DNA of 64,000 nt from a bacterium (GCA_963693055.1 OY843751.1:4992001-5056000), one strand, 5' to 3'. Counted from the first letter of the stretch, positions 1-11,282 are shown. The notes: generated by a model not told the origin, from the sequence alone. A program made the numbers and translations.

Positions 1-520
1 CAGAGAAAATATCAATTAGCTGTTGCAAAGACATCCCTTTTTCCCATACCCCAACATTTTCGTCGCCCTTCCAGGCAACCCCTTTTCCACTCTCTAATAT
101 TAAAAACGAAAATGGTCTCCCCCTACTTTGACCTTTTCGTCGCTGTCGAAATCTCTCGCGTTTAACAAAGGGTCGTCCTTTTTTATCAATATCAATAGCG
201 AGTTCATAAGTAATAGGCCGAGAATTTGCAGTTTGTTTATAATAGATTTCAAATTCAATAGGTTCGTTTACTCCCTGCGATCGAATACGGTCAAAGCCGC
301 CCCGCCCCTTTACATCACAAGCTTCTTCCACACCCAATTTTAAACAATCTGCCAAAAATCCAAAAGCGTCAAATAAAGAGCTTTTACCCACACCATTCTT
401 CCCAATAACCGCTGTCATGGGTGTTAAAGCATCTTTTTCGCGCTGGTTCCAAAGCCTGCCCAAGGTTATTTCTTTTAAAGTTTTATAATTTTTTATTTTA
501 AAACCTTGTATTCCGGCCAT
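1..520 (-). CDS. AAA-family ATPase (AAA_21/SMC-like), partial; runs off the window's left edge
   Basis: Not in ORF track; translated by hand from ATG at 520 (RBS GGAGG): MAGIQGFKIKNYKTLKEITLGRLWNQ...TAVIGKNGVGKSSLFDAF..., Walker A GKNGVGKS. Confidence 0.85.
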   Translation of the reverse strand, partial: MAGIQGFKIKNYKTLKEITLGRLWNQREKDALTPMTAVIGKNGVGKSSLFDAFGFLADCLKLGVEEACDVKGRGGFDRIRSQGVNEPIEFEIYYKQTANSRPITYELAIDIDKKGRPFVKRERFRQRRKGQSRGRPFSFLILESGKGVAWKGDENVGVWEKGMSLQQLIDIFS

Positions 521-610
521 CAAGACCTCCAACAAATCACTGATATTTTATTAAGTAATAAACCAATATAAAAATTTATTTTTATTAAACAAAAATCTTT
601 TCAGCACAAA

Positions 611-643
611 AAAAGCCCTGCAACTTTCAGTCACAGGGCTTTT
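611..643. terminator. Intrinsic terminator downstream of ssrA
   Basis: AAAAGCCCTG...CAGGGCTTTT hairpin; A-tract on + gives a U-tract on the - strand. Confidence 0.8.
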
Positions 644-653
644 ACAATTCTAG

Positions 654-1015
654 TGGAGACGGTGGGAGTTGAACCCACGTCCGAAAACTCGGCCATAGCA
701 GCGTCTACATGCATAGTTTATGGCTTGTATCTCGGTTGTCCCTGCCGCCTTAAACAAAGCCAGAACAACCCAGTTCTGTAAAATTTCACGCTTTACGCCA
801 GAACATCATAAAACGCAAACCCGCAGTAATCGTCGTCCTTTCCGGCCCCCTGCGGGTCCAATTCCGGAAGGACGTTAGCTGTCAATTAAGCAGCTAAAGC
901 GTAATCGTAATTGTCTGCAATTACTTGATTTTCTCGGATGATTAACGAGGTCACCGAGAGGTCCTCGACACGCAGCCACTAACACCATAATTCCCGTCGA
1001 ATCCAAGTCGTCCCC
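654..1015 (-). ncRNA. ssrA: tmRNA (one-piece)
   Basis: 5' GGGGACGACTTGGATTCGAC; 3' GGACGTGGGTTCAACTCCCACCGTCTCCA; acceptor stem with G3-U; tag ORF 918->886 reads ADNYDYALAA*; CCA not encoded. Confidence 0.97.
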
Positions 1016-1120
1016 ATTTCAAAGAGCATCATATAATTTAACACTTTTTCAGCAAAAAACAATTGCTTTTCTATACGTATAACGTAAAATTACCCGCTTT
1101 TGTTCCACGCTAAACAACAA

Positions 1121-1151
1121 ATCCCGCGGTATCTGGTATACACCGCGGGAT
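1121..1151 (-). terminator. Terminator hairpin after secreted protein gene
   Basis: ATCCCGCGGT...ACCGCGGGAT inverted repeat. Confidence 0.65.
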
Positions 1152-1172
1152 GTAATTTTATTCATTTTTTTT

Positions 1173-2972
1173 TTAACGAATCAATGTCATTTTACGGACC
1201 AGGGTGTTTCCGTTGCATTGCATCTTGTAAAAATAAACGCCCGATGCTACCTGCTGGTTCTGAGCATTCATACCATTCCAGGTCAACTGGTAATTACCGG
1301 CCTGACGATATCCCTCATACAGCGTTTGAATGCGTTTTCCGTTAATATCATAAACCACAACTTGCACATCACCGGCCTTATCCAGATTGTACTCGATAGT
1401 GGTTTGCGGATTAAAAGGATTGGGATAATTCTGACCCAGACTGAAAGCAGCAGGAACAGATTCATTTTCCTCAACTCCAACCGGTATGGTGCCTTTGATA
1501 ATACGGGCAACCAGCTCGTTGCCATTTTCTTCATTCGTAGAATCATAAACAGCATAAGCCACAAGAAATTCGTTACGATAACTGTTATGCGCAATACCCA
1601 CCAGGTTTCCACCAGCACTCTTGTATTCGTCAGTATCAATTTCACAATTTTCAGTGCTGGCAACATCATTGGCCCGGTCTAACGTAATCAATGAAACGGA
1701 TGAATCAGGTTCTACATAAACACGTTGTCCGTATTCATCTGTATTGTAATAATCAGTGTTCATGTTCCGCTGATCTTCCCAGTGCAGCATGAATTCATTA
1801 TCATATTCACTCCAGGCAATATCAGGAGCATTCTGCAGCCCGGTTGCATCACTTATGGGAAATGCGGAATGTACTTCAAAATCACCCAGGTTGTTTATAG
1901 CATAGCAGAAAAACAAACTGTCGTCATCCGCAGTCGGTTTTAACCCCATCTTGACCGCTTCCGAATCCGGTACAAAGGCAACCCGTTGTCCATAAATATC
2001 ATTATCCGGATACGCTCCATTCACCCACGTCACCAGACACTCGCAGAATTTACTGCTCTGTGCGGGTTTGTTTAATGAATTGTCATATTCATAATTAAAC
2101 TGCGCACGGGGTTGCAAGGGATCAATGTAATTGCCGGTATCTGTAGCAATAACCATAGGGCCTTCCTGATCATGGCCAATAGCATCGCGCAAAGCACCAT
2201 ACGCGCTTACACGTTGTCCCCAGACTTCAATATTGTTCATATAATTGTCGCTGCCAAAAACAACAAACCATTCATTGATATAATCCGAATAGGTGACAAC
2301 CGGAACATCATGAATATTATTTGTATCACAGATAACAAAATTTTCTGATCGATCTGAAGGGATTAAAAACTCACCATTTGCATTTACAATTTGGCCATAA
2401 ATATCACCATTGTACTCTATTACACCGCGATAATCCGTCCAGACCACCAGAAAGGTTCCTGTCATTGAATTATACGCAACATCCGGATAATGGATTGCTG
2501 ATGAATCCGTACAGATTGAAAAGCAGGTATCAATTTCAGTAAATTCAGTTTCAATGTGTTTACCATCTTTGTCGAGAATTGCAGCATAAACATCGTAATT
2601 ATCATACCAATCATCAATATCTTGAGCATTTCGATTATCAGAAAAAACAATCAAATATCGATTGCTAATGGGGTCAAAATCCAAATGCGGCCACCACTGT
2701 GAAGAAGAGTCGTTGGTAACACAAATATTTTCACCTCGTAGTGTACCATCACCTCTAATAATTTGTCCGTAAATATCAGAGTGTGTGGTTTGATATGTAC
2801 GGTTATCTTCCCAAACCACCAGGTACTCATCCTCAATAGGATTATAAACGGCTTGGGTAAAACTCTGGCAAAATGGCGCCTTGGAAATTTCAATCAGATC
2901 ACCAATGACTCCGGCAGATCCAACAGAACAGAATAATGCAACAAACAGCATTATTACTGAATACTTTTTCAT
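1173..2972 (-). CDS. Secreted repeat (probable beta-propeller) protein with FlgD-Ig/T9SS-type C-terminal domain
   Basis: Signal peptide MKKYSVIML (RBS GGAGG); repeated YLVVWxDxR...DIYGQ motifs; tail LGQNYPNPFNPQTTIEY...ASGVYFYKM. Confidence 0.85.
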   Translation of the reverse strand: MKKYSVIMLFVALFCSVGSAGVIGDLIEISKAPFCQSFTQAVYNPIEDEYLVVWEDNRTYQTTHSDIYGQIIRGDGTLRGENICVTNDSSSQWWPHLDFDPISNRYLIVFSDNRNAQDIDDWYDNYDVYAAILDKDGKHIETEFTEIDTCFSICTDSSAIHYPDVAYNSMTGTFLVVWTDYRGVIEYNGDIYGQIVNANGEFLIPSDRSENFVICDTNNIHDVPVVTYSDYINEWFVVFGSDNYMNNIEVWGQRVSAYGALRDAIGHDQEGPMVIATDTGNYIDPLQPRAQFNYEYDNSLNKPAQSSKFCECLVTWVNGAYPDNDIYGQRVAFVPDSEAVKMGLKPTADDDSLFFCYAINNLGDFEVHSAFPISDATGLQNAPDIAWSEYDNEFMLHWEDQRNMNTDYYNTDEYGQRVYVEPDSSVSLITLDRANDVASTENCEIDTDEYKSAGGNLVGIAHNSYRNEFLVAYAVYDSTNEENGNELVARIIKGTIPVGVEENESVPAAFSLGQNYPNPFNPQTTIEYNLDKAGDVQVVVYDINGKRIQTLYEGYRQAGNYQLTWNGMNAQNQQVASGVYFYKMQCNGNTLVRKMTLIR

Positions 2973-3124
2973 GCAATAACCCTCCAATTTTTATGATATT
3001 GAGTATGTTAATTTATTCGGTAAAAATCAAGAAATATAAAGCTTTTTGGGAAAAAAAAGTGGGAAATAATTGTTTACTTGTTTAACTTAAGACAAGTAGG
3101 AATTGGGTCAAAAAGGGGTAACCC

Positions 3125-5236
3125 ATGCAGTTTCAATATACACCATTTACATTTTTTTTGTTACTTTCGTTCACTATATCATTTTCGATTTTTATCTATA
3201 TTGTTCGAAAAACATCAGCCACCGGCAGAATCCCATTTTCAATTTTTATGGTCAGCTCAGCAGTATGGTCTCTTGCCTACGCGGGTGAACTATCAAGCGC
3301 AAATCTTGAAGCAAAATGGACATGGTTTATGTTACAAGCGGTTGGATTTCTCACTGTACCGGTAGCATATTTATATTTTGCCAAAATATTTATCGATAAA
3401 AAAAGCTTTAATAAATATCTGAATATCATCTTTATTTCAATTCCTGTTATTGTATTTATTTTTGTAATAACCAATTCTTTGCATCACTTATACATAACAC
3501 GTTTGGAGCTGTTTCAAAACAAATCTTACATAGATATGCATATATTCTATGGCCCGGCATTCTGGTTTCAAATTGTCTTTAGCTACAGTACAGCACTATA
3601 CGTCTTTTATAAATTCATACGCGCATATATAATAGGCACCCATTTATATAAAAGACAGGCAATTGCGTTATTATTGGCAGGCACATTGCCGGTTGTTTTC
3701 AGTTCGTTTTCTATTTTAGGATTCAACCCCTATAATGTTGAATATGCTACTTTTGTATTCTCAATCACCGGAATCATTATTATTTTTGGATTATATCAGT
3801 ACCGCTTGTTAGATATCATTCCGGTTGCACGAAACCAGATAGTAGAAATCATGGATGAAGCAGTTCTGGTTTTTGATTCAGAAAAAAGATTAGTTGATTT
3901 CAACACCAAAGCTTCCGAAATATTCAATTTGACTAAAATCAAATCCATTGGAGTTTATTACGAAACAGAATTTGCCCACTGGCCGCCTTTTGTGAATTGC
4001 CTGAAAAAAAACAATTTTACAAGCGGTATTGTGGAATGCAACCGGCATGATAAAGGATCAGGTACTGCCAAATATTATGATATAAAAATATCAAAAATTC
4101 TTACACAATCAGGAAAAATCAATGCATACATCCTGGTAATGCATGATATTACCGAGCGAAAACAGGAATCGCAATTGCTCAAGATATCACAGCAGGAGCT
4201 CAAAAAAATCGTCAAAACCCGAACCAATGCTTTACGGGAGTCAAACAAGGCATTGATTGAAAGTGAAGAAAAAATGTTCCAGTTTATTGATTCTGCCACC
4301 GAAGTATTTATGGTCTGGAATCAGAACTTTGAGCTATTGTTAATTAATCGCCTGGGCATTCAAATTTTTGCACCGGGTGCAAAAAGAATGGATTTTTACA
4401 AAAAATCAATTCACGAAATTTTCTCAAATAAGCTTGATGAAAAGCTGCTCAACAAATACAAAAACGTTCTTGAAACAGGTATCCCCTTTTCATCGGATGA
4501 AACGATTAAAGCAACAAACAACAAAGAATACAACATACAAATCCGGGTTTTTAAAACCGGTTCAGAGCTGGGAATGATACTCATAGACATGACAGAACAC
4601 ATCAAATCCGCTCAAGAGCTAAATAATGCATTACACGAAAAAGAGGTTTTATTAAAAGAAATTCATCACCGGGTAAAAAACAATATGCAGGTTATTTCCA
4701 GCCTCCTAAGTATCCAGGCAGCCAATATTACAGAACCCCATGCTTTGGAAGCATTTGAAGAAAGTAGGAACCGAATCCGATCAATGGCCCTGATCCATGA
4801 ATCTCTGTATCGTTCAGACAATCTTGCGCAAATCCATTTCGGATATTATGTAGACAATCTCGCAAAAAGCCTTTACCGATCAATGCAAACGGATATGTCA
4901 AAAATCAATCTCAAGGTTAATATTACAGATGTCTTTATTGATATTGCATCAGCTATCCCTTGTGGCTTGTTATTGAATGAATTGATCACAAATTCTTTAA
5001 AACACGCTTTTACAAATCTGGACAGTGGTGTCATTGCTATTCATTTTGAGAAACTTGACCATTCTTTCAAACTCGTATATCAGGATGATGGCAAAGGATT
5101 ACCGGAAAATTTAGACATTGAACATTCAAACACCCTGGGTCTGGAGTTAGTACAATCACTAACAAAACAGCTCAAAGGTACACTTGATGTTCGGACAGAA
5201 AACGGAACAATCTATGAATTGACCTTTCCATCATAA
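3125..5236 (+). CDS. Sensor histidine kinase: N-terminal 7TM (HisKA_7TM), PAS domains, HisKA_2/HATPase
   Basis: Hydrophobic N-terminus; EIHHRVKNNMQVISSLL H-box; NELITNSLKHAF, DDGKG, LGLELV boxes. Confidence 0.92.
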   Translation: MQFQYTPFTFFLLLSFTISFSIFIYIVRKTSATGRIPFSIFMVSSAVWSLAYAGELSSANLEAKWTWFMLQAVGFLTVPVAYLYFAKIFIDKKSFNKYLNIIFISIPVIVFIFVITNSLHHLYITRLELFQNKSYIDMHIFYGPAFWFQIVFSYSTALYVFYKFIRAYIIGTHLYKRQAIALLLAGTLPVVFSSFSILGFNPYNVEYATFVFSITGIIIIFGLYQYRLLDIIPVARNQIVEIMDEAVLVFDSEKRLVDFNTKASEIFNLTKIKSIGVYYETEFAHWPPFVNCLKKNNFTSGIVECNRHDKGSGTAKYYDIKISKILTQSGKINAYILVMHDITERKQESQLLKISQQELKKIVKTRTNALRESNKALIESEEKMFQFIDSATEVFMVWNQNFELLLINRLGIQIFAPGAKRMDFYKKSIHEIFSNKLDEKLLNKYKNVLETGIPFSSDETIKATNNKEYNIQIRVFKTGSELGMILIDMTEHIKSAQELNNALHEKEVLLKEIHHRVKNNMQVISSLLSIQAANITEPHALEAFEESRNRIRSMALIHESLYRSDNLAQIHFGYYVDNLAKSLYRSMQTDMSKINLKVNITDVFIDIASAIPCGLLLNELITNSLKHAFTNLDSGVIAIHFEKLDHSFKLVYQDDGKGLPENLDIEHSNTLGLELVQSLTKQLKGTLDVRTENGTIYELTFPS

Positions 5237-5353
5237 TTTTATATCAACCGATCTCTTTGTAAAAATTTTTTCTATCTCTATTTTTTTATATTAATTCTCC
5301 CAATTTTTTATATATTATAATTCCCTTGTAATTCAATATAAAACGAGGTATTC

Positions 5354-7366
5354 ATGAAGCGCTCCACTTTCCTGTTAATAACTTTTCTGCTATTTTCCTG
5401 CTTACACGCCCAAACCCTCATCATCTATGGTGACAATGCCTCTGTTGTAGAAAAAAATGCAATAAATGATCTAAATACCGATATTGCCAAAGTATGTCAA
5501 AACGAATCTGTATTCATTTGCAACGAATCTGATTTTCAAAAACAGACTCAATATACAAAAATCATTCTGGCCGGCACTAAAAAATCGCATTCCATGCTCA
5601 AAGCCCTGTGCGATAGCAGTAAATTGCAATTGCTAATGATGAATGACAATCTTCCCGCAGAGACATTTCTAATTGAAAAAGTACGTTTAACCGCCAAGCC
5701 CAACATTCCCGTTTTGGCCATCATAGGAGCTGATGAACGCGGACTGTTTTATGGCGTATATGAATTTTCAAAACAGGTACTGAATATTGACGCACTCGAA
5801 TTCTGGACAGGCAAAACCCCTCAACCTCAAGATACCCTGCACATACCTGACATAATTGTACGTGTAGACGCCCCAGTCTTCCCTTTACGTGGTTATTTTG
5901 ACAATGATGACGATATGCTGGCAAACTGGAAAGGGCGTAAACTCGTAGTAGAATTTGACATCTGGCAGGAAATGATCAACAGTCTGATGCGCATGCGCTA
6001 TAATTTTATAGACATACATGACCTGCTTGGACGCGCTGAATATTATAAAAGAGATTATTATATCAACATGGTTGAATACCACACCGACCTTGAACTGGTT
6101 GAGCAGGTTATTGATTACGCGCACAGCAAAGGGATGCTGGTTCAGGTTCCCATGTATCTCGGTTGGGAGTTCCACCATATCTCGGATGATCATCTATGCC
6201 TGTCCGAACACATGGACGAGTGGATGAAAATATATCGTTACTATTTAAACAAATCCCCTTTAGGTAAAGCTGACTTGTTTTTGCAACGCCCCCGTCACCC
6301 CTATTGGGACACAGCATATAAATGTCCAAAAGAAAAACAAGCCGGCATTGAAACCGGTCCCCTTATGAACAAAATGTTTCAGGGACTTTACAATATAATC
6401 ATTGAACATAATCCCAATGCCATCCTCTTTTGTGATTTGTGGAGTGAAGGGCGCCCCATGTTCAATAGCGGTTCATTTCAACCAAACCGTAATATCAAAA
6501 TGCTATGGGCTGACCATGGTTTTGCTGAATTTGGTGACTGGCCTGAAGAAACACCGCGCCGTAAATACGACTTTGGCATTTACATTCACGCGGGTGTCTG
6601 GAAGAACCATGTATTACAAGATCCTTATCCCGGTAGAATCAAAGAGGCATCTTTGGAAGCCATGCAGCGGGAAATGACAAGCTGCTATCTGGTAAATGGC
6701 CAGGATTTTAAACATTTCATTCTCAACCTTGAAGCCTGTGCTTTGGCAGCCTGGGACCCGGTTCAATTTGATCCGGAACAATTCTATACTGACTGGACAT
6801 CCCGCTATTTCAGTCACCAGGCATCTGGCTGCATTATTGAAAGTTTAAAACTCTTGCACAAAGCCCATCAACCCGTTGGCGGGTATCGTGACATTACAGC
6901 AATGATTGAAACCATACTCAAAAACCTGGCTGATAAAAAACTTGAAAAAGTATCGTTACCAGAAATCGCGTCTGCAACAGGTTTGGCAGAATTGTCTTTA
7001 CAAACAGCAGAAAACACATTACCGGCTGTACCGGAAACTTGCTTTTTGGTTTATGATGATCAGATTGTATTCCCCGCAAGAATTTATGAAATGAACCTGC
7101 GTTTACTCGAGGCTACGGCACTATATAATAACTTTTTGGTTGAGTTGCAAAACCATCCCAACATGCCCGCAAAAACAGAATTGTACGAGCAATACAGCTA
7201 TGCTTTGCGAATGGCATTAATCTCTATCCGTAACACCCTAACCGAGGGGTCCATGTGGAAAAAATGGGAAGGTTGGACAAAACCCGAACACTTTAGACTC
7301 TACAATCCCATGCCTAAGGTTGAATGGGTTGACGAGATCATTAACACCTGGCGAGAGGAACTCTAA
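5354..7366 (+). CDS. Secreted GH115-like glycoside hydrolase
   Basis: Signal peptide; GADERGLFYGVYEFS and RGYFDNDDD resemble GH115 N-terminal and catalytic motifs. Confidence 0.6.
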   Translation: MKRSTFLLITFLLFSCLHAQTLIIYGDNASVVEKNAINDLNTDIAKVCQNESVFICNESDFQKQTQYTKIILAGTKKSHSMLKALCDSSKLQLLMMNDNLPAETFLIEKVRLTAKPNIPVLAIIGADERGLFYGVYEFSKQVLNIDALEFWTGKTPQPQDTLHIPDIIVRVDAPVFPLRGYFDNDDDMLANWKGRKLVVEFDIWQEMINSLMRMRYNFIDIHDLLGRAEYYKRDYYINMVEYHTDLELVEQVIDYAHSKGMLVQVPMYLGWEFHHISDDHLCLSEHMDEWMKIYRYYLNKSPLGKADLFLQRPRHPYWDTAYKCPKEKQAGIETGPLMNKMFQGLYNIIIEHNPNAILFCDLWSEGRPMFNSGSFQPNRNIKMLWADHGFAEFGDWPEETPRRKYDFGIYIHAGVWKNHVLQDPYPGRIKEASLEAMQREMTSCYLVNGQDFKHFILNLEACALAAWDPVQFDPEQFYTDWTSRYFSHQASGCIIESLKLLHKAHQPVGGYRDITAMIETILKNLADKKLEKVSLPEIASATGLAELSLQTAENTLPAVPETCFLVYDDQIVFPARIYEMNLRLLEATALYNNFLVELQNHPNMPAKTELYEQYSYALRMALISIRNTLTEGSMWKKWEGWTKPEHFRLYNPMPKVEWVDEIINTWREEL

Positions 7367-7375
7367 ACAATTATT

Positions 7376-9559
7376 TTAAAACCAGTGACCTATACTTAGA
7401 TATCCCTGTAAATCCTTTTCACGATTATTGGATGCAATTGAAAATTTTACAGGCCCCAAAGGTGTATCCATCCCATATGAAAGGCTGCCACTCCAAATAC
7501 GGCTGCCGTTTGAAAAAAGTTCCTGATAACGGTCATGGAATATCCCCACAGCTAAACCGGCAGAAAAATACTGCTGCGCAAAGACCTTAAATTGCAGTGC
7601 TGTTCTTCCAATAATCAAATTTCTGGCGGCAATTTCCATATAATCCAGTCCCGCAAAAGGAAACATGTAATTTTCATAGTAATGATATCCACCAAAATAA
7701 AACAACTGTTCAACAGGTACCATATCTCCACTATAGTACCCCGTCACCAGTTCATACCTGAACGCTGACTTTTTTGTCAGTTTCCTTACTCGCTTTAAAT
7801 CCAGGAAATAACGCACAAATGATTTGTCTAATGCTACCGGATCGCTCAGCATATGAAAATATTTACCTTCCGCATGCAATACCATTCCGGATACAGGAAA
7901 AACAGCATGATCAAACGTATCAATATCCAATTCTAAACTGGTATTAAAATAATCATTTGTAATATCTCTAATCGATTTATTGGAAACCACGCTGGGGTCT
8001 AAAACCGTACGCTGACGCTGAATATTTAATCCAATTGCAGAACCATTGGTCAACAATGCTTTCAATTGCAAGCCCAAAGTCATATTAAACAAATTGTACC
8101 GGGCAATGCGCACATGATCTGCAAAATTATCAAAATCGCTTTCTTTTGCCCTCACATCAAATCCAAATCCCACTGCTGGTTTAAATATAGTATGATAAAA
8201 ATAATTCACACCCAGCTCACGGTTATGTCCCAGCTTGTTATCCAGAGACAATTTAGACCCATGCCCCAACAAATTTCGAAAAGTACCATTCAGTAATATA
8301 GTTGCATCATGACGGTTAGAATAATTCAGACCAAAATTCAGCAGATTGGTTGTATTTTCTACAACATACAAAATGAGAATAGTACCATCAGATGTAGACT
8401 TTAACTGATAGGTAACACGTTCAAATAATTGACTACCATACAACCTATCTACCGCCTTTTCAATATCTTCAGGAGTAACCCGGCTGGGAATTTTTAATCC
8501 TATATTAGAGGTAACCACATATTCAGGCACCCGTGACAATCCTGATACTTTGACATCCACAATATCAACAAACTGGATATCAGTGGCCGGTGCAGAAATT
8601 CTAACAGGCTCATTATATTTTTTTAAAGAATCGGCAAGAGCGGTGAGTTGCGGCAAAAACTCCCGTGCTTTCATTTCTCCATAATGGATCAAAGAGTCTG
8701 CTTTAAAAAAATCAAATATAGTATAGCCTTCAATATTCGGATAAATATAGAGATCACACATGGATAATTGTTCATCACGTTTGGCAACCGTTTGAAAATT
8801 TATGGTCTGGTTCAATATTTCAAAAAACGAATCCAGCTCTTTTTGAGAAAACAAGGGATTTGTTACATCTACTGCAATGATATAATCCGCTCCCATATCC
8901 ACAGCTTCCTGAACCGGTAAATTCCGTACAATTCCTCCGTCAACCAGCATTTTCCCTTGAATGCGTACGGGTGTAAAAACCGAAGGGATCGCCATGCTCG
9001 CACGAATTGCTTCGGGTAAATATCCCGATTTAAAAACATAGGGCTTGCCGGTTTCAATGTCTGTTGCCACACACCGAAAAGGTCTGGGAAAATCATCAAA
9101 ATCTTCAACATGATGCATAGACCATGTCAACCGGGACAACATTGCAGAGACTTTTTGACCTACCATCAGTCCGGTAGGTAAACCAACCTTGGTTCCGTAT
9201 ATGGGAAAGCCTCCCACATATCGCGACAACTCTAGTTTTTCCTGAATGGATATTTCATGGCGGGTAATATTATCATTAAAAAGATCTACCCAATTCTGTT
9301 CAAGAATAATCTTTTCAATCATTTCAGCATTGTAGCCAATGGCATACAATCCACCAATAATAGATCCCATACTTGTGCCACTCACAACATCAATAGGAAC
9401 GCCGGCCTCTTCAATAACTTTGAGCACACCAATATGCGCAAAACCCTTTGCACCTCCACCGCTCAAAACCAACCCCACTTTGGGTCGTTCCGATTGGGCA
9501 AAAATCCATAAAGGGCTCAAAAAAACGATTACAAACAACACAAAATATTTATTTTTCAT
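7376..9559 (-). CDS. Patatin-like phospholipase with POTRA and C-terminal beta-barrel (PlpD-like, type Vd)
   Basis: LVLSGGGAKG, GTSMG, DGG motifs; POTRA-like middle; C-terminal YLSIGHWF. Confidence 0.9.
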   Translation of the reverse strand: MKNKYFVLFVIVFLSPLWIFAQSERPKVGLVLSGGGAKGFAHIGVLKVIEEAGVPIDVVSGTSMGSIIGGLYAIGYNAEMIEKIILEQNWVDLFNDNITRHEISIQEKLELSRYVGGFPIYGTKVGLPTGLMVGQKVSAMLSRLTWSMHHVEDFDDFPRPFRCVATDIETGKPYVFKSGYLPEAIRASMAIPSVFTPVRIQGKMLVDGGIVRNLPVQEAVDMGADYIIAVDVTNPLFSQKELDSFFEILNQTINFQTVAKRDEQLSMCDLYIYPNIEGYTIFDFFKADSLIHYGEMKAREFLPQLTALADSLKKYNEPVRISAPATDIQFVDIVDVKVSGLSRVPEYVVTSNIGLKIPSRVTPEDIEKAVDRLYGSQLFERVTYQLKSTSDGTILILYVVENTTNLLNFGLNYSNRHDATILLNGTFRNLLGHGSKLSLDNKLGHNRELGVNYFYHTIFKPAVGFGFDVRAKESDFDNFADHVRIARYNLFNMTLGLQLKALLTNGSAIGLNIQRQRTVLDPSVVSNKSIRDITNDYFNTSLELDIDTFDHAVFPVSGMVLHAEGKYFHMLSDPVALDKSFVRYFLDLKRVRKLTKKSAFRYELVTGYYSGDMVPVEQLFYFGGYHYYENYMFPFAGLDYMEIAARNLIIGRTALQFKVFAQQYFSAGLAVGIFHDRYQELFSNGSRIWSGSLSYGMDTPLGPVKFSIASNNREKDLQGYLSIGHWF

Positions 9560-9692
9560 ACGCTCCCCGGAATTATGATAAATAATACAACCAATTTACA
9601 AGATTATCAAGCATGTTTTGTAAAATTTATTATTTATCTCCATGTTTTTTTCATTTTAATTACTATTTTAAATCAGCTGTTGATTTCATTTA

Positions 9693-11198
9693 ATGCATGG
9701 AATAATTATGAAGCAGACATTCAAAATTCTTTTTTCATTCTTGCTCTTTTCCCTTTGTAACCTCTATGGCGCAGACAGACCGCAATGGGGCGAACAATAC
9801 TCTCGCAATATGGTATCACAAGAAACCCATCTACCAGACCAGTTTGATCCTCTTACAGGTAAAAATATAAAATGGAAAGCCAAACTCGGCAAACAATCCT
9901 ACTCTACACCTGTAGTTAGCGGTGGCAGGGTATTCATTGGTACCAATAACGAGTTTCCTCGCGATCCCCGGCATACCGGAGACAAGAGCATTCTACTCTG
10001 CCTTGATGAAAAAGACGGCAGCCTGCTATGGCAATTGGTCGTACCTAAATTACCTTACGATATCTATTGGGACTGGCCAGGTGGAGGCATCAGCTCACCT
10101 GCCACAGTTGAAGACGATAAAGTCTATCTGGTCAGCAGCCGTGGTGAGGTGCTCTGCATGGATATTCACGGACAGGCAAATGGTAATGACGGCCCATATA
10201 AAGATGAAGCTTCTTTTGTCGTGCCGGAAGAGAGTGCGCCCATACCACCGGGACCGAAAGATGCAGACATTCTCTGGATGTATGACATGGTTCACGAACA
10301 AAACATCCGCCAACATGATGCCGCACATAGCTCTATCCTGATTAAAGACGATTATCTATACATCAATACCAGTAATGGTGTGGACAATACCCACGCAGTT
10401 ATACGCTCGCCACAGGCCCCCAGCCTGATTGTACTGGACAAGCGCACAGGCAAGCTTGCAGCCAGAGACAATGAGGGTATAGGTCCGCGCATCTTTCACA
10501 GTACCTGGTCTTCTCCCACGCTGGGTAACATCAATGGTCAAAACCAGATATTTTTCGGTGGCGGTGATGGAATTCTCTATGCATTTAAAGAAATAACAGC
10601 AACGCTTTCAACTCCCGCAACGCTCGATAAAATCTGGTGGTACGATGGAGATCCTACTGCTCCCAAAGACAGTGTGCACAAGTATCTGAAAAATCGCAAT
10701 ATCAGCCCCAGTAACATCAAAAGCATGCCAGTGTTTCACAATAACAAAATCTATCTCACACTGGGCGGTGATGTCTGGTGGGGTAAAAATCAATCCTGGA
10801 TCCACTGCATAGATGCCACCGGGCAGGGAGATGTGACAGCATCTGCTCAACGCTGGTCCGTGGAACTCGGCAAGCACTGCTGCTCCACTCCATCCATTTA
10901 TAACGGATTGGTATTCGTTGCTGATTGCAGCCGCTATGTCTACTGCCTGAACGCAGAAACCGGGGAATTGTATTGGAAGCATAAAACAGATAGTGACATG
11001 TGGGGATCAACTCTGGTTGCAGATAACAAGGTGTATATCGGAACCAGGCGAGGCAGCGTATGGGTATTTGCCGCAGATAAAAACAAAAAGATCATTCACA
11101 CGGCGGAATTTGACAGCGACATTAATCCCTCTCCGGTAGCCGCAAACGGCACTCTTTATATAGCTACAATGGAGTATCTATACGCAATTTCTGAATAG
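9693..11198 (+). CDS. PQQ-like beta-propeller repeat protein (exported)
   Basis: Signal peptide; repeated S(S/T)P...G+V++G...L+CLD++ G+LLW motifs. Confidence 0.85.
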   Translation: MHGIIMKQTFKILFSFLLFSLCNLYGADRPQWGEQYSRNMVSQETHLPDQFDPLTGKNIKWKAKLGKQSYSTPVVSGGRVFIGTNNEFPRDPRHTGDKSILLCLDEKDGSLLWQLVVPKLPYDIYWDWPGGGISSPATVEDDKVYLVSSRGEVLCMDIHGQANGNDGPYKDEASFVVPEESAPIPPGPKDADILWMYDMVHEQNIRQHDAAHSSILIKDDYLYINTSNGVDNTHAVIRSPQAPSLIVLDKRTGKLAARDNEGIGPRIFHSTWSSPTLGNINGQNQIFFGGGDGILYAFKEITATLSTPATLDKIWWYDGDPTAPKDSVHKYLKNRNISPSNIKSMPVFHNNKIYLTLGGDVWWGKNQSWIHCIDATGQGDVTASAQRWSVELGKHCCSTPSIYNGLVFVADCSRYVYCLNAETGELYWKHKTDSDMWGSTLVADNKVYIGTRRGSVWVFAADKNKKIIHTAEFDSDINPSPVAANGTLYIATMEYLYAISE

Positions 11199-11282
11199 CA
11201 GATAATTCCGGGGGAATATTCATCACTGTGGGGTTAAAAACTCAAACTTTTTACACTTTTTTTATCCGTTTTGAAAAAAAAA

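Noticed and set aside
170-190. Apparent frameshift in the AAA ATPase at a T-run
   Set aside because: A recount gives six Ts and the frame is continuous (DKKGRPFVKRER).
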